In this document: positions 51,672 through 64,000 of the stretch, one piece after another
Layout of the letters: the number at the start of each line of letters is the position of its first letter
Numbering within the stretch: position 1 is the stretch's first letter
Assembly (NCBI RefSeq): GCF_037042905.1
Contig: NC_087248.1
Location: 11,036,001-11,100,000, forward strand
Direction: 5' to 3'
DNA from: Lytechinus pictus
Taxonomy: Eukaryota
DNA: 64,000 nucleotides
Program-made: the position numbers and the translations under genes
Notes under the pieces: generated by a model
Databases searched by the model: none
What the model was told of the DNA's origin: nothing
What the model saw: the letters and a program-made list of their open reading frames with translations, nothing else

Positions 51672-52712
51672 GTTAATCCTCAAATGCCTTGGCCAAAAAC
51701 TAAATTGGTTTGTTTGAATTATTTTTTTCGAAATTAAGAGAATATGTGGGCCATACTTTTGACTTACCACCAATAGAAGAACTTACAAAAAATACACTAA
51801 AAAATTACAGATTTTGAAGGCTCTGGTGAAGAAAAATCCAGTCAAAGATGTATAATGAAAAATGGATCATAAATGAAAGAAATCAAAGGGCAAGTTCACC
51901 CTGTTAACAAATTTTTTTGTTAAAATAGAAAAAAAAAGAAATATATTGTTGAGGGTTTGATAAAAGTCAAAGACTTGGAAATTACAAGCATTTAAATTTT
52001 TTAAATTGTGACGTCATATGCCAGCAACTTCCCCATTTGACATGTAGTAAAAAAAAATCAATCAAATGTCATTTTCTATTAAAAAATTGAAAATGGTTTT
52101 TAATCATACTTTATAAATAACTAAGAATTCTATTAATTTTCTTAATCTACACAGACACTCTACATGATGGATTTCGCTTAAATCTTGACTTCATCAACAT
52201 ATTTTTACAAATGACACAAGTGATGTTTTAAAGACTTTTATGATGTGTGTTTTGTATGTTGCATGGACTCCACTCAATACAGACAGGGTGGTTGCAGACT
52301 GCAAGTGGCCAGCAGCCCAGCAAGACAATGTCACAATCGCCATGCATGAATTGTCACACTCACACAGTCACAATGCATGTTCACAACACGATTGTCTCAC
52401 TCTATCCTTGCCTGGTTTAAAACTTTTCTTCTTCTTTTCCCCTTCTTCAACTCATCAGCCTTGACACTTTCTCCATATAAAATTACAATTTATTATTTGA
52501 GTGCTCTAGATAGATCTACTTGTTGTTAATATGGTTAAATGAAGCCCGCATTTCAATTTTGCATTTGCAACATGCCAGCAGCCTACATGAAAGTGTACAT
52601 GTGGGACAATGAACCCGTTTCCCAGGTATTTTTTACAAGAAAAATTGAGATAACCTGACGATTTTCTGCTAATTGTAAATCAATAAAAGGGTCTGTAACA
52701 ATCACATCTTAC

Positions 52713-52812
52713 CGTTTATTTCACGAACACTGCAAGGAATTCGTGTCCCAATACATGATTGTTTCTGAAATATTAGAACAGGCCGTCCTCTAAAAATCCT
52801 GAAGCATGCCAT
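52713..52812 (-). CDS. MRPL19: Mitochondrial ribosomal protein L19 (bL19m), exon 1 (targeting peptide)
   Basis: aagATGG...MACFRIFRGRPVLIFQKQSCIGTRIPCSVREIN G|gtaaga. 100 nt, phase 1 matches exon 2; Arg-rich and acid-poor like a presequence. Confidence 0.8.
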
Positions 52813-53004
52813 CTTTGATAACCGGAGCAAAGTATCCTAGGGGAAAAATATCGGGCAACAAGGAAAGGCAACGTTTTTATACGTAGTATATTCCCGATTC
52901 ATGGGGGGGGGGGGGGGGGGGCTTTCTCACGGACCGCTCCAGGTTAATATTACTCGGGGTTTACTCCACTTTCTATTCCGTTTTTGCAAAGTATGATACC
53001 CCAC

Positions 53005-53310
53005 CAGGGGCGGATCCAAGATTTTCCAGGGGGGGGGGGGACACATTCATGGACCTATATCCACGGATGATTATACTGCATGGGGTACGTGCTGTGACAA
53101 TGCTCAGCACGTATCCCCAGTAACAATAGAATAATCCTCCGTGGACAGGTCCATGGGCGCATTTTTCGAGGAAAATTTGACAAGCAAAAAAAAGAAGGTC
53201 TTCATCACACTTCTGTTACAGTTATAACGGCATTTTTACATTACAAATTTTAATTTTGCTTCTCAAAAGGGGGGGGGGGCACCGGCCGGCTGTGCCCCCC
53301 TGGATCCGCA
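53005..53310. mobile_element. GCGGATCCA-TIR MITE with a nested ~110-bp hairpin MITE (about 53048-53156)
   Basis: GGGGCGGATCCA...TGGATCCGC; inner CATGGACCT..TCCACGGA / TCCGTGGACAGGTCCATG. Confidence 0.65.
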
Positions 53311-53920
53311 AATATATAAGTTTTAATGTCAAAATCTATTGCACTGAAAATTAGATTTTTGCATAAAGAGGTCAAAAAAGTTTTCGCTCGCGTTGCCCTC
53401 TCTCATGTAAAAAATCTAAATTTGGCCTTTTACGTCATATCTCCCCAGAATCTTTTAGAAATAACATTTTTATATTGAAAACTTTACAACACAAAATAAC
53501 CAAAGTGTGCATTTCACTTTAGAAAATGCAAAAGTGCCCCATTGGCATGCAAGCTTAGTTGTTCTCTCCCTTGCTTTCGAGTTTCGTGGAAAATTTGTCT
53601 TTCCCCCCCCCCCCCTCCGAAAAAAAATATGCATACAGCCATGGTCATCCCCCTAACCATGAATACTGATCGACACCCATGGCACATACCGAAGAGAAAT
53701 GGCATGAAATCGGCAAAGACTTATATAAGTAGGAATTTATATCGAAGAGTTGACTTAGATGAAACAAAATTAAACTAACATAAGCTACGGTGTTTCAACC
53801 AATCTGGCTATGCTTGCTTATCTTTTCGCACCTTTGTATATGTTCATTATGTACTTTTCATGTAAAATACTTTTACATATTATCTATGTAATCTCATACA
53901 TTATATTTACATTGTGGCAT

Positions 53921-54066
53921 NNNNNNNNNNNNNNNNNNNNNNNNNNNNNNNNNNNNNNNNNNNNNNNNNNNNNNNNNNNNNNNNNNNNNNNNNNNNNNNN
54001 NNNNNNNNNNNNNNNNNNNNNNNNNNNNNNNNNNNNNNNNNNNNNNNNNNNNNNNNNNNNNNNNNN
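53921..54066. other. Assembly gap (146 N)
   Basis: Run of N. Confidence 1.
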
Positions 54067-55140
54067 AGAGCGCCTCTGGCAGTCTCACCTAGCTGCACTA
54101 CACGATTCAATGAGGAAAGCCGTGCTGACTTTGTTTTGATCGACTATAGAATAATCATTCACAAAAACACCATTCATATTAATACGATGATAAAATATCA
54201 TGTTCACTGACCCTAAATGACATTTGACCTTGATCGTGTGACCAAAGACTTGTGCAACTATACGATCAGTTATACTTGATTACACTTATGTCCACATTTC
54301 GTGAACTAGATCCATAAACTTTAAAATTATGATGGCAGTTCAACAAATAACCCCAACACGGCCAAAGTTCATTGACCTTGGTCATGTGACCTGAAATTCA
54401 CGCAGGATGCTCATATGCTTCACGGTCCAAGATTCATGAACTAGATCCATATACTTGCAGAGTTATGATATTTAAAAAAAAACTTAATCTTAGTTGAGAT
54501 TTTGTTTTGATTCCCCCAACATAATCTAAGTTCATAGACCCTAAATGACCTTTGACCTTGGTCATGTGACCCCCAAAATATGGCCAAAGTTCATTGACCT
54601 TATGGTCATGTGACCTGATCTCAGGCAGGGTGTTCAGTAATACTTGATTATAGGCTCTATACTTTTTTGTCCAAGTTTCAGCTAGGAACCAGATCCATTG
54701 AAACTTTCAAAGTTATCGGATGACATTTCAAAAAGTTAACCCTTCGGTTAAGATGTTGATATTGATTCCCCAACATGGTCTAAGTTCATTGACCCTAAAT
54801 GACCTTTGACCATGATCATGTGACCTGAACTTCAGGGTGTTTAGTAATACTTGATTACCCTTAAGTCCAAGTTCCATGAACTAGGCTCATATACTTCCTA
54901 AGTTATGATGACATTTCAAAAACTTAACCTCCGGTTAAGATTTTGATATTTATACCCCAACAGGGTCTAATCAAGTTCATTGACCCTAAATTTGACCTTG
55001 GTCATGTGTCGTCCCCTAGCAGGATGTTCAGTAATACTTTATAACCATTATGCCTAGTCACTAAGTCCACATACTTTTTTTTTAATGATGACATTAAAAA
55101 AAATGTTGACGACGCCGCCGTCGGAATAGCGACGCCATTT
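54067..55140 (+). repeat. Element with internal ~180-bp tandem array (Helentron/HINE-like layout)
   Basis: Repeated GTTCATTGACCCTAAATGACCTTTGACCTTGGTCATGTGACC...GTAATACTTGATTA...CATGAACTAG units; ends GACGACGCCGCCGTCGG. The family assignment is inference. Confidence 0.75.
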
Positions 55141-55812
55141 ACTGGCCTAAAACCGTACATTTAAAAAAACGAATCCAATTCAATTCAATCCTATCAACCG
55201 ATGCTAAAAGAACTCAGTACATTCTTTTTTATATAAATCACTATTATTGAATCCTGTACTTAAGTTTTTTGCTTCTGTATAGTTTTCATAGAGTGTATAA
55301 CGTCATGTGATCCAGGAGAAATCGAGAGTAGCATTTTATAATTAAGCCACTGGTCTGTGATACACGTGAGAAGGAAGGGAATACCCCATTTCATGGGTTG
55401 ATTTATTTTCGGGTGTGTTTGTGTGTAAACGTGTTATATCCAAGCCATTGTGTAGATCGGTCATTGAAGTACTGAATTGCGTAATGTAATAATAGAACAA
55501 GATCAACAGTTGTCTGTTTGCCCATTCTATTCTCTTGATTGTGAAAACATGCATTTCTTTATCCCTCAATTCCATTCGTCCCTCTCTTGTTTTTTCTCTC
55601 TCCCTCATCCCTCTCCACCCTCCCTCCCTCCCTCGATCCCCTCCCTCTCTCCCTTTCTTTCTCACGCACACCCACACAAACACACACACACACACACCCA
55701 ACGCTCGCCCGATATACACCTTACCCACAACAAATTAATTACCACTTGAATTGTTAAATGAATGATATACATCGATGATTTACATCCGAAATTATTAAAT
55801 TTTGTTCATTAC

Positions 55813-56402
55813 AGGAGGATGAAACCTTTGGAACAAGATAGATTGTGTGAAAACAGAAAAATCAAGGAAACAGATCAACGAAAGTTTGAGAAAAATCGGA
55901 CAAATAATGAGAAAGTTATGAGCATTTGAAAATTGCGATCACTAATGCCATAGATCGAGATCCTCCTATTGGCAATGCGACAAAGATGTGTGATGTCACT
56001 TGTGAACAACTCTCCCCATTACTTTAGTATATATTTCACTTAAACTGCCTCTTTTATCACATCTATCAGTAGATCATGTGTTCTTTCTATAGTAGGGCAT
56101 GTAATACAGATTTTTGAAGAATACATCATGGATAAAGAGTTTGTATCACCATAAGAAAAATCAAAAATATACATTTTGGGGAAAGTTTACAGTCTATCAA
56201 AGGGAAAGTTGTTCACATGTGACATCACACATCCTTGTCGCATTGCCAATGGGAGGATCTCCATGGCATTAGTGATTGCAATATTCAAAATGTTCATATC
56301 TTTCTCATTATTTGTCCGATTTTTCTCAAACTTTCTTTGTTCTTATTCTTTGATTTTTCTGCTTTGACACAAGCCTACTTGTTCCAAAGGTTTCATTCCC
56401 CT
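55813..56402. mobile_element. Long-TIR (~200 bp) MITE with ...CCT|TTAA end (Kolobok-like)
   Basis: ATGAAACCTTTGGAACAAG...ATTGGCAATGCGACAA..GTGATGTCAC is inverted at GTGACATCAC..TTGTCGCATTGCCAAT...CTTGTTCCAAAGGTTTCAT. Confidence 0.85.
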
Positions 56403-57258
56403 TTAATATCTAATGTCAAATTTTAGATTTGTATTTTCTTGTCTAGATTTTCATTGTTTTGGTTATGAAAATTTAGCAAAAACCAATAATTAAAACTAAA
56501 TTAACACACACATATATATATATATATATATTCATATACCTCTCTCGATCTTTCTCTCCTCCACCTTTTCTCCCCTCTCTCTCTTTGTCCATCTCCCCTC
56601 TCTCTCTCTTAACTCCCCCTTAACTCTCATGTCTCTCTCTCAATCGCCTCCCTGCACCCTCCAAAGCCCCCCCCCCCTTTCCCTTCTCAATCTCCATATC
56701 GTCCTTCGTAAATCATGCTTCCCAATAACTCGCGAATAAACCATTTCTCTTCTTTTGGTAGACCTAATCCCTGCTTAAATACACCTCTTGTCCTCTATTT
56801 CTCATTTGTCCCACTCTGGAGAAGAGTCAACATCTAAATCATTGTTGTCTTACTCTACATGCTCTCTCTCGCTTTCGTTGGGTGTGTATGTCAGTGGACG
56901 AGTGGCGTTAACATGCATTGCTAAATGCTTTATACAATTACTATTGACGTGGCATCTAGGGACTGCAGCAGACAAGTGTGGTAATTATTCAGTGATTTTG
57001 GGATAGTTTTTCCGATACTTGCTCGTTATTGGAAACTATATGTCATACCAGAGTATATTCATGGCATTGTTATCTTGTGATTATATAGAGGAATAACTCT
57101 CCTGGCTGATATGCAATCTAGGTAAGTCTATTGAATGCTGAGGGCCTATAGGCATATACACATGCAGAGCCTGGTAGTCAGCTATAATATAGTTTCTAGT
57201 TTCCTCTAGATAAATTATGTGGGCTTATATGAGCTATATATACATATATATATATATA

Positions 57259-57652
57259 TTGTGAAAGAAATGGATGAAGAGAACAATGATAGGCGTAGCT
57301 TAAATCAAGGTTCCCCAGAGCTTTCTACCCTTAGGAAAAATTGGTGATGCCGAAAAATATTTCTGCCAGGAATCGAACCCGGGCCCCCAGCTTTGAACGC
57401 CAGTGCCTTAACCACTAGACCACAGAGACGGGTTAGTGGCTAGGGCGACCCCGATCCGGTTGACCGTCAGATAGACAGATTTTCGACACTTTAATGGCAG
57501 AGATATTTTTTCGGCATCACCAATTTTTCCTAAGGGTAGATAGCTCGGGGGAACCTTGATTTAAGCTACGCCTATCATTGTTCTCTTCATCCATTTCTTT
57601 CACAAAATATTTAAATAAAAGAGTTGCCAAAGCTGTTGTACGTGTATAATTT

Positions 57653-57701
<49 letters not shown>

Positions 57702-57817
57702 TGTATATACCTTGATTTAAGCTACGCCTACCATTGTTCTCTTCATCCATGCATTTCTTTCACAAAATATTTAAATATAAGAGTTGCCAAAGCTATTGTA
57801 TATGTATAAGTTCACAC

Positions 57818-57860
<43 letters not shown>
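57259..57860. mobile_element. tRNA-containing repeat in inverted plus tandem partial copies within (TA)n/(CA)n
   Basis: Arms 57259-57368 and 57495-57605 are inverted; a third direct partial copy at about 57710-57818. Each copy abuts microsatellite. Confidence 0.8.
57358..57429 (-). pseudogene. tRNA-like cloverleaf (repeat head), nominal anticodon UCA
   Basis: GTCTCTG TG GTCT AGTGGTTA AGGC A CTGGC GTTCAAA GCTGG GGGC CCGGG TTCGATT CCTGG CAGAAAT A. A and B boxes intact; one acceptor-stem mismatch; atypical G32. Confidence 0.7.
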
Positions 57861-57865
<5 letters not shown>

Positions 57866-58151
57866 GCAGTATTGCCAGTATTGGTTTTGCAACACTTGCA
57901 AATCACATGAATATGATTATTTGATTTTGTTACTTTAATGATCGAGAGAGACTGTCATAATCAATCTTTGCTAATATTAATAAGAGTCAACCATACGGAC
58001 CGCATGATAAACTTTCAGTTTATAAACAAATATTTTGCTCTATTATATAGGCGTATACTATGAAATTGGTATGAGTTTTTTTGTGTGTGGGTTTTTAACC
58101 CTGTTAACCATTTGCGAAAATAATTTGGAAACTTTGTATTATAGGCCTATA

Positions 58152-59106
58152 CAGTGCGTATCAAATAAAAAGTTTACACTTAGAAAAAATCCTGTAAAAT
58201 AATATATTTGTAATATCCTGAAGATTTTTCCACATTTTAAGATTTGTACAGATCCATTTAAGCAAATGACGATATAACTGTCGAAAAATATGTCCGCTTG
58301 AGTGAGCACCACTGACTTTTGAAAAGTTAGTGAAAATGATTTGCGCAAAACTTTGAAATAGTTATGCGAATAAAAGTAGACCTTTATAATCATGAAGAAC
58401 ACGTGGAATCTAGCTAGTAAAATTGATTTGAAGATATCTTTTACTGTTTAAAACTTGTTTCCTTGCCCAAAACACCTCGAAGAGTGCATTGCGCCCCACC
58501 CCACTCCCCCACACACCGAGGCCATCGTGACGATATTTGCTTTACACTGATCTGTGTTTACATGTAATGGTTTAGGCTTGATTTTCATTTTGTTAATCAT
58601 TGTCAAGCTTGGGAAAAGGGTGGAGAAACAAGTATTAAATGAAAAATGAAATGTAAACCCACTTTGAATGATAAAAACTTAGTGAAAAAATGCTGGAGAT
58701 GTCTGATAATTATAAACTTTTGTTCAGATTCAGTTATGTCCTCAGATCCAGCTGGCACAAAAAGGGTAAAGGTTGTGCTTACTAAGTGTTGAAATTTCAA
58801 TTTGGGTGGCAAAATTGTTACAAAATGCTCGGATGTATCCGTTTTATTTCAATTGACTAAAAAAGCAAGGGAAATGTATGATATCACCCTTTCTCCTTGA
58901 CACAGCGTGAAAACGAGCATTTCTGCGCTAACAGATTTATGCGAGCTTTACAAAAATGGACAGTGCTCACTCAAGTGTAACATTCTGTCAAAACTTTTAC
59001 TTTCATTGGATAGATGAGACCCAAACCCAAGATTAGATGTGAAAAAATTACCCTCATGTTGTATATTTTTTAATTCCCAAGTGTAAACTTTTTTTGATTC
59101 GCACTG
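58152..59106. mobile_element. Non-autonomous Tc1/mariner-like element
   Basis: TA|CAGTGCGTATCAAATAAAAGTTTACACTT...AAGTGTAAACTTTTTTTGATTCGCACTG|TA. Confidence 0.88.
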
Positions 59107-59245
59107 TATAGGCCAACCAAAAATACGCCTTCACATGTTAGCTTGGGATAAATCACTACTATCAAATCATGTTTTCATTTATTGCAGACATATTTCTCAT
59201 ATAACCCATCAGAAGGTCCTAGATTCGAATCGCTTGTGAACGAAG

Positions 59246-59617
59246 ATGAAGGACGCCACGCAGACCAAAATCATCATCCTCCTCTCTTTCGTGCTCATAG
59301 CCATATCGGTCATGATCACCATTGAAACACAACGCAAGGCGAACGCCCTGGTCGAACTCAACACCGACCTCCAGGAACGCCTTGCAGCCGTGGCAAACGA
59401 CCGCGAGCTCATCGGCGACGAGCTTAAGAAGCTCGCCGACCGCTTCAAGATCATCACCGAAGCCAAGAGCAACAGTGATACATTGGTCAAGCAGAAAGAG
59501 GAAGAGGTAGCAAATATAAGGAAAGAACATGAAGAAGAGAAGAAATTAACAGATCAGACTGTGATTGAAAAAGACGAAAAGATTAAGGAATTAACGACAA
59601 ACATAGAAAAGAAAGAG
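59246..59617 (+). CDS. Uncharacterised signal-anchored coiled-coil protein, first coding exon
   Basis: Acceptor ttgcag at 59187, then aagATG. MKDATQTK + hydrophobic IIILLSFVLIAISVMITI + heptad-rich helix; coding-like codon use; GAG|gtaatt, phase 0. Confidence 0.9.
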
Positions 59618-60453
59618 GTAATTATATACTGTTATCATATTTTATTTTTTCTACTTCATTGTGGAAAAATAATGTTAAAAACTAGAAAAGAATGTTTAGC
59701 CAGCTCAAATAATTCATCCGTGATGATTTGTACTCTCATGAAGATTTTTTTTGTTAATGGAAGCAATATTTTACATGTACAATGTCATATCTTTAAATTT
59801 GTCAATGCTAATTCAGCTATACATCGTTGTTATGTTTTTAAGATCTGTAGGTTCAGGCCAAGGGGCGGCGCTACCGGGAAGGGGGGGGGGGGGAGAAAGA
59901 GAAGAAACGAAGAACAACGCCCTGTAATTCAAGAATTTTGTTTATGAGTCGTCATGCCACTTCCCCTCAAAATGCCCTGGCGCCGCCCCTGTTTGGAAAT
60001 ACAATATTTAAAAAAATGATTCCAAGCATTCGGTTTCTTTATATTGATTTTTAAAAAGAAAACTTTCCTTTCCCTTAATTGCAAATTGCATTTTGTGCAT
60101 AACATTTTCAAGCATTAGAAAAAAATCAAGGGTCCGGGTCAAGGGTTAACAGTAAAATAATTATCATACTCGTAATCTATTCATTGCAGCAGGAAATTAT
60201 TTATACAACAACAGATGCAGTGAATTAAATATTGGTATTGCTTTAAACAGAAGTTAGACAAGGGCATAAAGCTTATATTTAACATGTCTAATATATCGTG
60301 TGAGTAAAAAAAAACAAGACACCTCACAAATCCACATTCTGAGGGGGGGGATGGCGTGAACGCATAATCATTTTATATAGCTGGAAAGCGTATCTTCTCC
60401 TTATTAATTTGATACTTATTTATGTGGTATGTGTTAACGCTTGGATAATTAGT

Positions 60454-60777
60454 AGGTATTCTTTGCAGTGATGTAAATTTTGACTTGCGCCAAAGTAAGG
60501 CATGACTGCAATGAATGAATTCAGATGCCAATGATGTCATTATCCTGCATGAGTTAGTAAACACCCTTGCAAATCCGTTGTCATTGAAATTTACTTGAGA
60601 ATTGATACTAAAACATGTTTATTTAACAATTATAATGTAAATGATTGAAAAGGTGTTTTGAAATGGATTTTAATGCAATCCTTATAGGATTATGACATCA
60701 ATGACATCTGGATTCATTCATTGCAGTATGACTCACTTTGGCGCAAATTAAAAGTTTCTTCACTGCAAAGAATACCT
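60454..60777. mobile_element. Fold-back MITE (~100-bp arms)
   Basis: AGGTATTCTTTGCAGTGA...TGCGCCAAAGT...CTGCAATGAATGAAT is inverted at ATTCATTCATTGCAG...ACTTTGGCGCA...TCACTGCAAAGAATACCT. Confidence 0.8.
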
Positions 60778-61157
60778 CCGTAACACAAAGATCAGCGATC
60801 AATCGCTAAATGAACTGACCAATCAATATCAATGTTACACGGGCATTAGATTTAAAATACTGACAAGGGACCAATCAGTGCGGCTCTTTCATATTTGCAA
60901 TTAATCGCAAACCTTTGTGTAACCTGGACACATAGCACATAAATATGGTATATAATTATTTGGGAGAGTACTCTTTCAGGCCATAATATGTAATAATGAT
61001 GTGTTCATGACATAATGTTTCCTTAAATTGGGGATTTGTGAGGCATCATCGAAAGTAAGAAATAAAATCACTAAATTGTTGAGTCATTAAATTGGCATGC
61101 AGTGTTGATTAGAATTCAATCATTTATTTGATTAATGTCTTTTTCCCCCACAATTAG

Positions 61158-61298
61158 ACCGAGATAGATAGTGTGAGAAGTGAATTACAAACTGCGCACG
61201 ATGAAGCAAATAAAGCAAAAGAAGACCAGCAAAACGCAGAAAACAGAGTGCATGAACTGGAAGAGCAAAGTGCCAATTTACGGAGTCAAGTCGAGAAG
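61158..61298 (+). CDS. Same gene, second coding exon
   Basis: ttag|TEIDSVRSELQTAHDEANKAKEDQQNAENRVHELEEQSANLRSQVEK|gtacgc. 141 nt, phase 0/0, continues the coiled coil. Confidence 0.88.
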
Positions 61299-61734
61299 GT
61301 ACGCCTATAAAGTAGTCGATTTTCTTAAACTTGATCATCATCATTATTCAGTCATTATTATTTTGATATTCCAAACACCTCTGAGCGATATTGTTTTGGG
61401 GTATTTTATAAAGCAAGTCGATATGGTCCGTATCTACCTATACCCTTGCATGAAATACTTTGTATGGAATGACTACAAATCGATCCGTAACACTTGAAAA
61501 TTCATTTTTATTTCTTGTTTATTGGAATAATTATGGTTTGACTCGTCAGCGTTCAAGAATTGTAAGAAGTGTAAGACCATCAACATTGTAAATGGTTTTA
61601 ATTTTATTTCGTTTAAGAAATTAAGCAAGAGGGAGAGATGGGGAAATAAGAAGAGATTGGGAGAGAGGGAGTAGTAGGATAAAGAAAGAGAGAGAGGGGG
61701 GTAAGAGAGAAAGGGAGAGATCAACGGGCCCCAG

Positions 61735-62151
61735 GGGCCCATTGCAGAAAGAGTTGCAATCAATCACAACTCTAAAAATCATGTGCAGCTTGATTTTCAA
61801 CCAATCAACAGCGCGCATTTGTTACTTGCGATTGATTTTTTGACTTGCGTTTAAACGCAACTCTTTCTGCAACGGACCCCTGGGCCCCGTCTTACAAGGA
61901 GTTGTGATTGATCCAATCAACAATAATTATAGAAAGCCAGCAACATCAACATCTAAAATGTATGATTGTTCAAAATATTTTCTAGATATGATGTATATGT
62001 ATACAATTATCATTCTCTTGAAAATTCAGTGTGATTCTCTGTTTAGTACGGAGATTGTACAAATTTCCTGTAGAAAAAAATTACGGTGTGCATGGATTTC
62101 CATACATTTGAGATTGATTGGATCAATCGTAACTCTTTGTAAGACGGGGCC
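61735..62151. mobile_element. Two abutting related MITEs (61735-61879 and 61883-62151)
   Basis: cag|GGGCCCATTGCAGAAAGAGTTG...CAACTCTTTCTGCAACGGACCC|ctg|GGCCCCGTCTTACAAGGAGTT...AACTCTTTGTAAGACGGGGCC. Confidence 0.85.
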
Positions 62152-63062
62152 CCGGGGAGGAGACAGCAAGAGAAAGATGGGGATTTGCATCTAGTGGGTA
62201 ATAGCGAAATAGTAAAAGAGAGAAGGCAGAGAGGGAGAGGGGGTGGGGAGGGAGAGGGACAGACGGAACGGGGAGAGAGTCATGTCGATTCGACATCGAT
62301 TTTGAAGTGTGATATCACATCTGGATAACAAGTTAAACATTACAAGGCCTATAACAAATCACCTGTTCAAATGAAATCTTAAATTATAAGTCTATAAGCA
62401 TGCAAAGGGTAATGTATTGATAGCTAAACGTTGTTTTTAATACTTGAATAATGCCCAAATGCATTACCCAATACGTATAGTCAGGTTAATTCGAATGTGT
62501 GCCTTATGGGTTTGGGGTGAGCATTGGCAGTGCCCTCCACCCACTCGATCTCCCTCTCAATACATGTTTATCTTTATATACAAGCTATGCCTTTGAGTGA
62601 ATTCCCATTTGTATATATTCATGTATTTCGCCAATGGGAGGGAGGCGGAAAATATATTTTCATCCACATTTTACCGGATCGGCTGCTAAATGCTGATTTT
62701 CGTTGGGTTTTTTTAGAGGAGCAGTCCTAACTGAATACTAACGTTTTGTTTATTCTTACAAGCAAGTCAAGATAAGGTATTTCATAAGGACTAAATATTG
62801 CAAGCGCGAAGCGCGCGAGCTCAAATTGCTGTATTTTTCATGTATTTAGAACTAAAAATTCAATGATCAATGCTTGTAAATTTCTTTGTTATTTATATCA
62901 CTGAATGTAATTATACACATGTACTAATTTTGTTTTGTTTTTTAATTTGAATTGAATTTGACCACCCTCACTCTCTCTCTCGTTCTTTCTTTTTTCTCCC
63001 CACCCCTTCGAATCTCTGCGTCCCTTACTCTTAACTTAACAATAATTTTTTCACCCGACCAG

Positions 63063-63224
63063 TTAAACGCAGATGTAGCGGCGGCACAGGCAAATCAGCA
63101 ACCACAAGCACAGCAACCTCAAGCCCAGCCACAACAGCAGCAACAAGCTGGGAAGGAGGCTGCTCAACCACAGCAGCAACAACCACAACAACAACAGCAA
63201 CCACAAGCCCAACAAAAATCTTAA
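63063..63224 (+). CDS. Same gene, terminal exon (Gln/Pro-rich tail)
   Basis: cag|LNADVAAAQANQQPQAQQPQAQPQQQQQAGKEAAQPQQQQPQQQQQPQAQQKS*. AATAAA at 63475-63480. Confidence 0.85.
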   Translation, partial: LNADVAAAQANQQPQAQQPQAQPQQQQQAGKEAAQPQQQQPQQQQQPQAQQKS

Positions 63225-64000
63225 ACCCATGGGGGCGGCGCCAGTGTAATGATGGGGCATCTGATATTGACGTCCTTTTTTCTCCGCATGGTATTATAAA
63301 ATTCCACGACCAGTGCTTCTATTTCCAATTCTCTTTCTAGACTTGTCTTTACTTTTCTTAATATTTTTTTTAATTACTTGAAAGACCGAATGGATATACT
63401 TTGATTGGCGCTGCCCCCTCGACGTTCAATCAACTGGTTACATGGACAGTCAGTATCTCTCAACATTATCATGTAATAAATTATCAAATCTAATGTATAT
63501 CATTTATTAAATATCAGTATAGACAATTATATATTTTGTGTGCATATTTGCATTTACATATATCTTGCTGAGTCTGTTTAAATATTGCAACAACTATTGG
63601 CATCGATTTGACCTGCGACACAAAAGCATGGAATGCTTAGAAATAAAGTTGCATATCGAGCTGATTATAATCATTCTATAGGAAATGTGGATATCAAAAT
63701 AGGGTAGGACCATAGAGATGTATGGGTAGTACACTTTTCGTTGACTGATCCAATTTAAAGGAGGTAGTCCAACTTGACGTAAAGTTTGTATTTAAATGCC
63801 AATAATAGCAAAGTTTACAGGATTTTTATTCGCCAAAACTTCATTCATATTTTTATTTTATCTGTTTTATGAACCAAAATAGTCGTCGGTGTGGACATTC
63901 ACTGTACTTGTAATGCACTTATAACTGAGTATGCCTTAATTCAATCGCATTACTCTTCTTCGAGTTTCAACGGAAAATACGTCATTTTCTTGTAGAACGT

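Noticed and set aside
1826-53280. Numerous poly-G/poly-C runs as a dedicated G-quadruplex system
   Set aside because: Scattered, often inside MITE ends, with no positional pattern; homopolymer lengths are error-prone.
53810-54210. ORFs spanning the N gap
   Set aside because: Open only because of Ns.
57358-57429. Bona fide tRNA-Sec gene
   Set aside because: No long variable arm or extended acceptor/T stem; G32 and an acceptor mismatch; embedded in a repeat.
59618-59947. Second half of the 233-aa ORF
   Set aside because: Read-through past the donor at 59618; composition becomes intronic and a matching next exon exists.

Overview
Eukaryotic, AT-rich, intron- and repeat-rich animal DNA. The SINE/MITE families and the many poly-G/C tracts suggest a sea urchin (inference). 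I can assemble four spliced genes by eye. (1) A divergent alpha-tubulin on the - strand; only exon 2 (1230-1464) is certain, and the rest runs off the left edge. (2) A 3-exon stefin (type-1 cystatin) on + (30246-40318) with a GC-AG first intron and an unusual in-frame signal-peptide-like extension. (3) A complete 5-exon MRPL19 on - (46161-52812). (4) A 224-aa membrane-anchored coiled-coil protein with a Gln-rich tail on + (59246-63224). The rest is introns and intergenic DNA packed with non-autonomous DNA transposons (including a 3.2-kb element with ~965-bp TIRs in stefin intron 2), SINE and LINE relics, tandem repeats and one N gap. Most short ORFs in the supplied track are spurious. No prokaryote-type system or autonomous transposase is visible. 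The most interesting items are the possibly secreted or dual-targeted stefin, the remodelled tubulin K40 loop and ambiguous first exon, and a tRNA-like element with a nominal UCA anticodon in a microsatellite-embedded inverted/tandem repeat. Exon coordinates were checked for splice sites and phase; repeat boundaries are approximate.
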